A stretch of DNA of 13,229 nt from Candidatus Wukongarchaeum yapensis (GTDB taxonomy: Archaea > Asgardarchaeota > Wukongarchaeia > Wukongarchaeales > Wukongarchaeaceae), in contig JAEOSI010000037.1 in the NCBI GenBank assembly GCA_016840425.1, positions 1 to 13,229 on the forward strand, written 5' to 3'. The position numbers and the translations under genes are program-made. The notes under the pieces are model-generated. The model was not told the origin of the DNA and searched no databases. It saw only the letters and a list, made by a program, of their open reading frames with translations. This document shows positions 5,589-13,229 of the stretch, in pieces (the first letter of the stretch is position 1; every line of letters starts with the position of its first letter).

Positions 5589-6858
5589 GGTCCTATATGC
5601 CCTCCTTTTGTTTGGCACATAGCGTTTTTTAGACCCGTTTCATCTAGAACTTCTTTTACTTTCATCATTTCGGCGATTGTTGGCCATATAAGGTGTTTTG
5701 CTCGGAATTCTGGTCTGTAGTCTAAAGCACATACTTGTATGTTTGGTTCCCATTTAGCGATTTTTTCCCCGATTTTTCTAACTTCTTCTAGGGAGATTAG
5801 GGCAGGGTTATAGGGTATTCCTAAGCCTAAAAACACATCTCCCCAGTAGTTGTCTATTATGTATTTTACAGAGTTCCATTCTGTTTCAAAGTAGCGTTTT
5901 GCGAGCTCCTTATCATGAAGGTTTGTGATTTTCATGAAGGTTTCAATTTCTAATCCTTTTACGTCGATGCCTATGTCGGTCATTCCTTTTTCTAAGAGGG
6001 CGTCTATATAGTCTGGGGTGAGTATTGCTCCGTTGGTGTCGACATGAACCCGGGCTTTATCATCTTTATTGAGGTTTTTTACCTCTTTTATGTACTGGAG
6101 GAGCCATGGTTTGTTTAGGGTGCTTTCTCCGCCGCTTATCGCCATGCGGTCCACGTTGTTTATTTTTCTATACTCTGTGATTTTTATCGCAGCTTCTTTT
6201 GGGGTGAGAAGTTCACCTTTAGAAGCATAGGTTATGTGCCAGTTTTGGCAGGAGGGACACCGAAAACAGCATCCTTGGGCAAAAAAGGCAACCTCAATGT
6301 ATCCACGGACTCTTTTGAGTTCAGCGGGTGTGCTTGTGCCACAAGATGCCCAAATAATTAGAGCATTTTTGTGTCTACACCACCAACTGGGTGCCCGCTG
6401 AAACCCCTAACAAGACGGGGGGAGTTAGACCGTTCTACTTGTGTTATTTTGATGTTCATGTTTTCCCTGATCGGCGTGATGCAGGAAGGCTTTAGCTTTC
6501 CGTCGATTTCTACAGCGCAACTCCAGCAACCCCCCGTTCTACAAGGAGCAAAAATCGTGTCTTTTTCGGGGAAGAGGGAAAAGCGATAACTGATCATTTC
6601 TAAAGCTTTTAATACAGTGATCCTTTCAGGCACAAAATAGGTTTCTCTTTCAACTTTGATCCTTACCTGTCCCCTTTCCCTTTTATCAGGGATCAATTTT
6701 CTTGCTTCATGGGGGCATGCAACTATACAGCTTCCGCAACCAGTACAACTTTTAATACCTGGGCAAGCAATCCAAGTCTCGCAAAATCTACATTTCTTAC
6801 ACAATTCCTCTTGTTTGAAAGCTACCTGAAACGGAGACTCTTCTCGTTCTTTTTGCAT
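5585..6858 (-). CDS. Spliced gene join(6858..6375, 6333..5585): 410-aa 4Fe-4S dicluster + 2Fe-2S ferredoxin-like + radical SAM protein (activating-enzyme-like)
   Basis: Exon 1 (484 nt): CKKCRFCE...C, CTGCGSCIVACP, CRTGGCWSC...SC. Exon 2 (749 nt): TPAELKRVRGYIEVAFFAQGCCFRCPSCQNW (CxxxCxxC), then DRMAISGGE and VHVDTNG. Total 1233 nt = 411 codons; the junction reads GGVG-TP. The ORF track splits it into 6358-6858 and 5585-6154 and misses the radical SAM motif. Confidence 0.88.
6334..6374 (-). other. 41-nt BHB (tRNA-type) intron in a protein-coding gene
   Basis: ACACAAAAATGCTCTAATTATTTGGGCATCTTGTGGCACAA. Exon helix GTG/CAC, central helix GTGT/GCAC, 3-nt bulges AG|A and AA|G, intron helices CACAA/TTGTG and ATGCTC/GGGCAT. 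It contains an in-frame TAA and shifts the frame; removal restores it. Confidence 0.88.
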
Positions 6859-7063
6859 CTAAGTTACTCCTATATTTACATATCATGAAATATTGGATGC
6901 ATAGGACATAAAAAGATTTATTATTTGGTTTATATTCAGATTTTAAAGGTTTAAACTAATTTAATAAGATAAAAATGGAAAAAGGAAAGTTTTTCGAAAA
7001 AAATAGTGTTTTTTTAGTAAGATTATGATAATCAAGCCTATCATAGGCTTATTTTTTATATTA

Positions 7064-7666
7064 TTAAACGGGAAAATTTTGTCTGGTTAGCAATAAAAGG
7101 CTGAGGATGCCTGTGATAGTTGTCGCGCTTATTCCAAGAGCTGCTGCGGCTATTGGATATTCTAATTGATCGTATGCCAAAAGAAAGCCCATTTCTGCGG
7201 CTGCAAGAATTAATCCTAAAAATATGGCGAAAATAAGTATGCGGGCAGTGGCTTCTTTTTCTTTTTGAATGTAATCTTTCCGTGTTACTATTCCTTGTAC
7301 CACGACTAGAGGGTTTAATCCTTGTAGGAGAGTCAGGAAGAATAGGAAAATTAAAGCTGCAAATATTCCTAAGCTCATTATGAAACTTATTGCTCGAATT
7401 CCTTTGGAGAAGTAGCCAAGGGTTAGAATTTCTGCGATTATGAAACAAAAAAATAAATAGTTTCCGATCAGCTTATCTTCAGGATGCACGAAGCCTTCAA
7501 CATCGGTGTAAGTCTCAGTAAAAGTATTCCAAACGGCTATGATCCCTACGATTATTAAAAAGAATAGTGAGACATAATAGGTTGCTAAACTATCGTTTAT
7601 TAAGGCAAAAGCGAGTATTGTTGCACCGATACCAGCAAATATGCCGTTAAACATGGCAAGACGCAT
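7064..7666 (-). CDS. Uncharacterised polytopic membrane protein, 200 aa, about 6 TM segments
   Basis: Alternating hydrophobic stretches; GGAGAG SD-like motif upstream of the ATG at 7666. No family recognised. Confidence 0.75.
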   Translation of the reverse strand: MRLAMFNGIFAGIGATILAFALINDSLATYYVSLFFLIIVGIIAVWNTFTETYTDVEGFVHPEDKLIGNYLFFCFIIAEILTLGYFSKGIRAISFIMSLGIFAALIFLFFLTLLQGLNPLVVVQGIVTRKDYIQKEKEATARILIFAIFLGLILAAAEMGFLLAYDQLEYPIAAAALGISATTITGILSLLLLTRQNFPV

Positions 7667-7862
7667 TCTTTAATCTCTCCAAACTTCAATAAGATTCAAA
7701 AACAATGACCTTATTTATCTTTGTTTGCTGTGAATAGTTTAAGCTATTTTTCATGCAAATATAGTTGTGAAAACTTTTAGATATTTTATGTTATGTAAAA
7801 AATATGTGTATTCTTTGACTGTTTAACTTTTGGTTTGTTAATTTATGATTGGGTGTATATGC

Positions 7863-8294
7863 ATGGGTTTTCGGGTTTTGGTTTTTGGTACTTTTGACAT
7901 TATTCATCCTGCCCATGTTATTTTCCTTAAGGAGGCGCGGAAACTTGGTGAGGAGGGGGGAGAGCTTATTGTGGTTGTTGCCCTTGATTCAAGTGTTGTA
8001 AAAGAAAAGGGGAAACCGCCTATTTTTTCTGCTGAAGAAAGACGGTTTTTGGTTCAGGCTTTAAAGCCAGTAAATCAGACTTGCTTGGGTTATGAGGATG
8101 ATAGGTTAAGAATAATTGAAGAGTTGAAGCCTGACTTAATTGCCTTGGGTTATGATCAGAAAGTTGATGAAAGCATCTTAAAAAAAGAGCTTGCTCGGCG
8201 GGGAGTTGATGTAGAGATTATTCGTTTAAAACGATATGGAGATATAAAATCAAGTAAAATAAAGAGGATGGTAGTTGAACGTTTCAAAAAATAG
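7863..8294 (+). CDS. ribL: Archaeal FAD synthetase (cytidylyltransferase-like nucleotidyltransferase)
   Basis: 'VLVFGTFDIIHPAH' (HxxH), 'VVVALD', 'EERRFLV', 'KPDLIALGYDQ', 'SSKIK'. ORF starts at 7845; the ATG at 7863 is the likelier start. Confidence 0.8.
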   Translation: MGFRVLVFGTFDIIHPAHVIFLKEARKLGEEGGELIVVVALDSSVVKEKGKPPIFSAEERRFLVQALKPVNQTCLGYEDDRLRIIEELKPDLIALGYDQKVDESILKKELARRGVDVEIIRLKRYGDIKSSKIKRMVVERFKK

Positions 8295-8410
8295 AGAAGT
8301 AAAGGCTGAAAAGTAAGGGAATTTAAAGGAGGGGGGTTAACTGTCAGAAAATTTAATTTTTTGGCGTTTTTTCTTATTTGTTAAGTTTTTTGTACTCTTT
8401 TATTTTACTG

Positions 8411-9313
8411 TTATTTTCCATAGAGGAGTGTTGCTTCTTCGGCTTCTATTTCTTTCAGTTGGGCTCTTATTTCGTCGAGTTCTTTTGGTTTTATTTTTGG
8501 ATGTTTGTCTGCGGAGTATAGTTGGGTTTCTAATCGTTTTTTAAGTCGGCGTAAAATTAGTAGTTTAGAGCGTTTTATAGGGCTTAGTGTTGGTAAAATG
8601 TATTCGTCTTCTTTTATGATGGGTTCCTCGGTTTCTGCAAGTATAAGGGAGGGGAGCTCTATTTTTCTTTCGAAGGGTTTTTCTCCGGGGGGGATAGTCT
8701 CAGGAATAATAACGGGTTTTTCTTCGATTATTTCGACTTTTTTGGGCTTTTCTTCTTTTTTTAATGTTTTTTTCATCATCGCTTTGAAGGCTTCAAAAAT
8801 GCCTAAACCTATTTTTGCAGACACTTCGTATACTTCGGGCGCCAATATGCCAAGGGCACCTAACCTTTGAATAAATTCAAAACGGCTTATAGGCTCTACA
8901 ACGTCCCCTCTTTGGTTGAGTAAGAAGAGGATTTTTGGGTTTATTTTTAGTTGGTGTAAGTAGGCTCTTAGCTCTCTTAAACTCTCTATGTTTTTTTCAG
9001 CCATGCTTCTTAGAGTGTCTGCGACAAAAATCACGCAGTCGGAATCCTGAAGAATCATTCGTCTTAAAGCATAGAACGAAGCGGCTCCCGCCGTTGTATA
9101 AAGATCTATTACTACTTTTTCGCTTAGGCTGAGAGGGGCATACTCAAACATCATTGTTTTCCCGAATTCTGTAGAAGTTTTGATGATCGAGTTTTGGGAA
9201 ACAGCTCTCTCCATTCGGCTTAATAGAGCGTTGAATGTGGCGGATTTCCCACTTAATTGCGGGCCCCAGATAACGCATTTCACGTGCAGGCGGCCACTAG
9301 CGTCACGTTTCAC
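8411..9313 (-). CDS. MglA-like small GTPase with degenerate G3/G4 motifs and a ~115-aa C-terminal extension
   Basis: G1 GPQLSGKS; switch 'GKTMMFEY'; 'LYTTAGA' and 'LRRMILQDSDCVIFVAD...NIESL' parallel MglA (LYTVPGQ, RKLILKGVDGVVFVAD); G4 NQRG; G5 SAK. GGAG SD before the GTG start. Confidence 0.8.
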   Translation of the reverse strand: MKRDASGRLHVKCVIWGPQLSGKSATFNALLSRMERAVSQNSIIKTSTEFGKTMMFEYAPLSLSEKVVIDLYTTAGAASFYALRRMILQDSDCVIFVADTLRSMAEKNIESLRELRAYLHQLKINPKILFLLNQRGDVVEPISRFEFIQRLGALGILAPEVYEVSAKIGLGIFEAFKAMMKKTLKKEEKPKKVEIIEEKPVIIPETIPPGEKPFERKIELPSLILAETEEPIIKEDEYILPTLSPIKRSKLLILRRLKKRLETQLYSADKHPKIKPKELDEIRAQLKEIEAEEATLLYGK

Positions 9314-9604
9314 GATAAAAAACTCCTTCCGACCTTTTTGGGACTTTGAAAATGATTTTATAATCTATTAACTTTTCTTTTATAGCTAAAAGGGAATATC
9401 GGACTTATCTTTTTTTTGGTTTACTTTTTTGATAGGTTTTTTGAGAAATTTGATTTAAAGGTTTTTTAAAAAAATTAGGGACTATAAAGGTGTTTTTTCA
9501 TTTTTAAGGGTTTTTTGAGGAATTTTAGAGAGAGAAAATTTTGAAATACTTAAAGTTGCATAATAAATAAAAGAGGATTAGTTTTTTGGCAGGGTTGATT
9601 TTTT

Positions 9605-11317
9605 ATGTTTTTTCCTATTTTGTCCTCTTTTGATGCTGAGAAGAATTTTGTTGGGCGATCTGAAATTTTAAACGATTTTAGGAACGTTCTTGACGGTATA
9701 AAAAGCAGAAAAGAAGGAAAAAGGGGCATAATTGTTACAGGTAAAGCTGGATGTGGCAAATCGCTTCTTTTGAAGCTCTTTAGTAATTTGGCGGATGCTG
9801 AAGGTTGGAAAATATCAAGTTTTTCTATACCTCTTGGTAGAGATATTCAGGGCATTGCTAGGAAAATTGTGGAGGATCTTTCATCGTTTTTTCCTTCAGA
9901 GGATAAGAAAATACAAAAAGTTGTTTCTTTGCTTCCACAAGTATCGTTAATTTTTCCGGGTGTGGAGCTTTCAGAGGTTGAAGAAACAGTTAAAAATAGT
10001 TTTAAAGCGATTAAAGAGTTTTTAGAAGCTAATAGGTTAAATGTTATTTTTTTGATAGATTGCTTTGAACGTTTTATTTTGAAGGGTTATACGGATCTGA
10101 CTCGGTTTTTCACAAATCTTGTTGAGTGGCTTGAGGGGGAGAAAATTAGTGTTCTTTTTGTTTTTGCTTTGGATGAAAGGTTTCTGCCTTATTTTGGGGA
10201 GAAAAGCGTTCTCATAGATCGTTTCTCTTTGGTGGAGCTTCGCGCTTTAGGGGTTAGGGAGGCTGAAATACTTATTAATAGGGTAACAGAGGGGGCAAAT
10301 ATTTCAAGTTTGGCGGATGAGGTTCGTAAGAACATTGTGCTTTTGACTGATAGAACGCCTTTTTCTATAATCTATACCTTAGCATCTATCGCGGATTTTG
10401 TAGGAGATCCTTCTATAGAGATCACTATGGAAAAATGGCAGGAGATGGGCGGGGACGATATTTTTGAGAGGCTAATGCCTGCCCCTTTAAACGCTCTTGA
10501 CGATGAAGAAAGAAAAGTTTTGAAATTTTTAGCAAGGACACCTGTAAATATTTCGACCCTTCAGAAGGTTGAAATCAACCTTGCTCCCAATATTGCGGAA
10601 GAGGGATTAGAAGGATTGAAAAGTAAAGGCATCTTAGTGGTGGAGGATGATTTTCTTCAATTTGTATCTAATGCGCTTTTTGAACTGCTTCATAAGAGGG
10701 AGGAGATAGATCCTCTTACTATGCTTTATGTTTATGTGGATCTGGTGACGGCGGAGATAGATAAGGGTTGGAAAGCTTCAGCCACTTTGATTCGTAAAAT
10801 CTCTGAGATGGGACAGGAGATAGTGAAAGAAGGGGGAGAATCCTTTAGGGTTTATGATTTAGCCGTAAAAATCGAGAAATTGGCAAAGAGGACCCTTGAG
10901 AAGAAGTTTTTGCATGATGCTTTTTCGCTTTTTACTTTGAGTGGAGCTTTGTATACTGCCTCTGGAGATGTTGAGAGGGCAGGCATTACTTATGATGAGG
11001 CTTCAAAAGCGTTTATAGAGCTTGATAGGCCTATTTTTGCAAAGATGCTTTTGATACAGGCTTCAGAATTCTTTAAGAGTATAGGCACAGAGTGGAAAGG
11101 TAAAAGTATGGCAAGAGAAGCAGTTTATGTGCTTGAAGATCTTGCGAGAGATTTTTCAAGCCAGAATATGAACGCCATAGCGAGCGCTTATCTTTATTCG
11201 GCCTTAAAATTATGCGAAATAGCTGGGGATGAGGAGAGGAGAAAAGAGATTCTTCAAAAAGCTTTAGCAGCTTCAAGCGATTTAGAACGTAAAAGAAGCT
11301 TTTTTGAAAAGTTATAA
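9605..11317 (+). CDS. Archaeal/STAND-like P-loop ATPase with probable winged-helix and TPR/SNAP-like C-terminal repeats, 570 aa
   Basis: 'FVGR' motif, Walker A GKAGCGKS (aa 46-53), Walker B 'VIFLIDCFE'; helical Ala-rich repeats in the C-terminal ~150 aa. Confidence 0.75.
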   Translation: MFFPILSSFDAEKNFVGRSEILNDFRNVLDGIKSRKEGKRGIIVTGKAGCGKSLLLKLFSNLADAEGWKISSFSIPLGRDIQGIARKIVEDLSSFFPSEDKKIQKVVSLLPQVSLIFPGVELSEVEETVKNSFKAIKEFLEANRLNVIFLIDCFERFILKGYTDLTRFFTNLVEWLEGEKISVLFVFALDERFLPYFGEKSVLIDRFSLVELRALGVREAEILINRVTEGANISSLADEVRKNIVLLTDRTPFSIIYTLASIADFVGDPSIEITMEKWQEMGGDDIFERLMPAPLNALDDEERKVLKFLARTPVNISTLQKVEINLAPNIAEEGLEGLKSKGILVVEDDFLQFVSNALFELLHKREEIDPLTMLYVYVDLVTAEIDKGWKASATLIRKISEMGQEIVKEGGESFRVYDLAVKIEKLAKRTLEKKFLHDAFSLFTLSGALYTASGDVERAGITYDEASKAFIELDRPIFAKMLLIQASEFFKSIGTEWKGKSMAREAVYVLEDLARDFSSQNMNAIASAYLYSALKLCEIAGDEERRKEILQKALAASSDLERKRSFFEKL

Positions 11318-11334
11318 GAGGTGGGTGAGAAGGC

Positions 11335-12846
11335 TTGAGTGAAAAAAGTTTGGAAAAGGTTAAAGAAACTGTTGGAAATATAGAGGAGATTCTTAAGAAT
11401 CTTGATGCTGAGATTTCAAAACTAGACGGGGTTAAGGAGGATTTTGGTAAAAATTTTAGTGCAAATATTGAAGCGGTTAAGAATGAGGCTTCTCGGCTTA
11501 AAAAAGAAGCAGAGGATTCTATAGACGGGGCATCTGGAAAGTCTTTAAGCGAATTAGACGGGATAAAAGGCAGGATAGTTGGAGGAATTGGTTCACAAGA
11601 ACGAGAGTTTTCGGAAAAACTTGATAAATCGGCCTTGGAAGGAGTGTTTTCTGAGGAGCTAAAAAACGTTCAAACAGCTTTTAACATAGGAGCGGCAGGT
11701 CTGGCCGGATTAATAATTTCTCATAAAGATGAGTTAACAAATCTATTGACTGGGCATTTAGGTCAACGGGAGCAGGTTTTTTTAAAAGTTCAAGAGGGTA
11801 TCAATGAACCGATAAAAAAGGTTGGTCAGGAGATAGTTAGTAGTTCTAAGGGCCTTGAAAGCGAGTTAGAAAATGCCTTTACAAGAACAAAGGATAAGTT
11901 TGGAGGGATTCAAAGTAAGGTCTTTAAAGATATTGATTTAACTACGAAGGAACAGTCGGGAAAATTAGGGGAAAGCGTTACAGCGTTGAAACAGGACTTT
12001 CAAAGTGATCTTCTTAAGACATTAGAGACGGTGACAGATTCTTTTATGGCTTTTCAAGGGATGTTTGATTCAACGATTAAAGACGCTATAGATAGGCTTA
12101 ACCAAACAGCCGAGGAGCTTAGGGCAAACATTGATAAAAGGATTGTTGAAAAGCTTGGTGAAATTGAGGAGTTGGCTATAAAGTATGAAGATTTCTTTTT
12201 GAAGACTTTGGAGTCTTCTGTTGAGAAATTTGTTGAACAATTGACGGAAACAAAGACATCCATAATTGATGCTATTTCTTCTCAGACTAATGAGTTTCAA
12301 GAAGTTTTTCAGAATACTAAGTCGCAGATCGTTGAAAACTTTAATACTCATGTAAAAAGTTTTGAAGAGAAAATTGAGGAAGAGATGAAGGAATTTAAAA
12401 ACGCAACGGACCAGGCAAAGACGGATGAACAATCAGTAATCGTTCAAACTAAGGATAGTATAGGACAAAAGACAGGTTCTACGCTAAACAATTTTAACAT
12501 TAGACTAGAAGAACAGTCAATATCACTGGAAGAGAAAATATTAGTGGCAAAAAATAGCATTATTGGGCAATTAGAAGCCTTAGTGAACAATATCAAAACA
12601 CTGTTTTCTGAAGAAAAAACTGAGGTTGAAAACGTTTTCACAGAAACTTCTCAAAGCGTAACAGAAAGCTCAAAAGCCATGATAACGGAGTTTACTAACG
12701 CTATAGATTCCTTCAGCAAAACTGCAGAAAATACCCTAAACGAGGTAAAATCCGACGCAGAAAAAGCGATAAAAGATTCAATAAAACAAGGAAAAAGCAT
12801 CCATAAAGAAGGTGAAAAGGCTAAATTAACCCTCGAAAAAATTTAG
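11335..12846 (+). CDS. Long all-helical coiled-coil / apolipoprotein-like repeat protein, 503 aa, TTG start
   Basis: Continuous amphipathic E/K/L/S-rich pattern with almost no Pro and no Cys or Trp. Starts 17 nt after the ATPase stop, with a GAGGTG SD-like motif upstream. Confidence 0.8.
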   Translation: MSEKSLEKVKETVGNIEEILKNLDAEISKLDGVKEDFGKNFSANIEAVKNEASRLKKEAEDSIDGASGKSLSELDGIKGRIVGGIGSQEREFSEKLDKSALEGVFSEELKNVQTAFNIGAAGLAGLIISHKDELTNLLTGHLGQREQVFLKVQEGINEPIKKVGQEIVSSSKGLESELENAFTRTKDKFGGIQSKVFKDIDLTTKEQSGKLGESVTALKQDFQSDLLKTLETVTDSFMAFQGMFDSTIKDAIDRLNQTAEELRANIDKRIVEKLGEIEELAIKYEDFFLKTLESSVEKFVEQLTETKTSIIDAISSQTNEFQEVFQNTKSQIVENFNTHVKSFEEKIEEEMKEFKNATDQAKTDEQSVIVQTKDSIGQKTGSTLNNFNIRLEEQSISLEEKILVAKNSIIGQLEALVNNIKTLFSEEKTEVENVFTETSQSVTESSKAMITEFTNAIDSFSKTAENTLNEVKSDAEKAIKDSIKQGKSIHKEGEKAKLTLEKI

Positions 12847-12990
12847 AAAAAAAGCAAGAATCCCTTCATTTAGACGTATAGAAACATATAAACCATAATA
12901 TAGGAACAGTTAATATAGATTAATGAGATGCTCTTAGATTATTTTAAAATCTAACATAAAAGCGTTAAAATTTTTGAGAGAGGAGGAAAG

Positions 12991-13229
12991 ATGTCGATAA
13001 CTGAATCTTTAAAGAAAATAGGATTAGAAGAACTTCAAGTAGGAGCTTATAACGTTCTTATAGCTCTTGGGGCAAAAACAGTAGAGGAAGTAGCTTTAAA
13101 CTTAAAAAAAGATCTTAGCGAGATTACTGAGGCACTTGACGAACTTGTGGAAAAGGGGTTCGTTAAAAAAATAGCGGGAAAAGTGGACCTTTACACTGCC
13201 CTTGCACCAAGTATTGTTCTCACAGCCGA
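12991..13229 (+). CDS. TrmB-family winged-HTH protein, 5' part only (runs off the window)
   Basis: Not in the ORF track. AGGAGG SD, then MSITESLKKIGLEELQVGAYNVLIALGAKTVEEVALNLKKDLSEITEALDELVEKGFVKKIAGKVDLYTALAPSIVLTA, matching the TrmB N-terminal pattern (L..lGL...e...Y..L...G...LxxKGFV...Y.A..P). Confidence 0.75.
   Translation, partial: MSITESLKKIGLEELQVGAYNVLIALGAKTVEEVALNLKKDLSEITEALDELVEKGFVKKIAGKVDLYTALAPSIVLTA

Noticed and set aside
6173-6178. ACAGAG hexamer resembling the METTL16 target UACAGAGAA
   Set aside because: The flanking bases do not match (UCACAGAGUA) and a 6-mer is expected by chance.
6334-6374. Insert as a MITE or target-site duplication (ACACAA...GCACAA)
   Set aside because: It is very short, lacks clean terminal inverted repeats with flanking duplications, and the similarity is accounted for by BHB pairing. 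It cannot be fully excluded without RNA data.
5585-6858. Reading the radical SAM locus as two genes or a frameshifted pseudogene
   Set aside because: The CxxxCxxC motif lies between the two track ORFs, in frame with the downstream one, and a canonical BHB explains the break exactly.
9314-9604. Specific TATA/BRE promoter calls in the divergent spacer
   Set aside because: The region is so A/T-run-rich that several candidates fit equally well; none can be singled out.
394-12641. Short antisense or overlapping ORFs (394-654, 2903-3136, 4068-4265, 4810-4998, 5218-5421, 6371-6589, 7056-7448, 8505-8870, 8935-9132, 9180-9371, 9550-9759, 11073-11276, 12054-12263, 12070-12432, 12444-12641)
   Set aside because: They are shadow frames of well-supported genes with no motifs or start signals.
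1-13229. CRISPR array, rRNA, integrase or prophage genes
   Set aside because: No regularly spaced repeats, rRNA-like sequence or recombinase/viral motifs were seen.

Overview
Low-GC archaeal window, most likely from an Asgard archaeon. That assignment is inferred from a surface protein with a cytoplasmic longin-like tail, an MglA-like small GTPase and a TrmB-HTH/coiled-coil cluster. Left to right: (1) a complete tnpB-only IS200/IS605-family element (21-1529, minus) whose two ends both obey the known guide/cleavage tetranucleotide pairing rule; (2) tRNA-Lys(CUU) with two introns flanking a 7-nt anticodon micro-exon; (3) a large receptor-like membrane protein between two diverged direct repeats of [methyltransferase 3' end + tRNA-Lys], where each copy has kept a different half intact; (4) an RlmF/METTL16-like methyltransferase translationally coupled to a ferredoxin + radical SAM gene; (5) a membrane protein, RibL, a degenerate MglA-like GTPase, a STAND-like ATPase, a long coiled-coil protein and a partial TrmB-HTH gene. 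Main finding: the apparently broken radical SAM gene is interrupted by a 41-nt insert (6334-6374) that forms a canonical bulge-helix-bulge (BHB) motif. Cutting at the canonical BHB sites restores one 410-aa reading frame, so this looks like a tRNA-type intron in a protein-coding gene other than cbf5. All alignments and folds were done by hand; no database searches were run.
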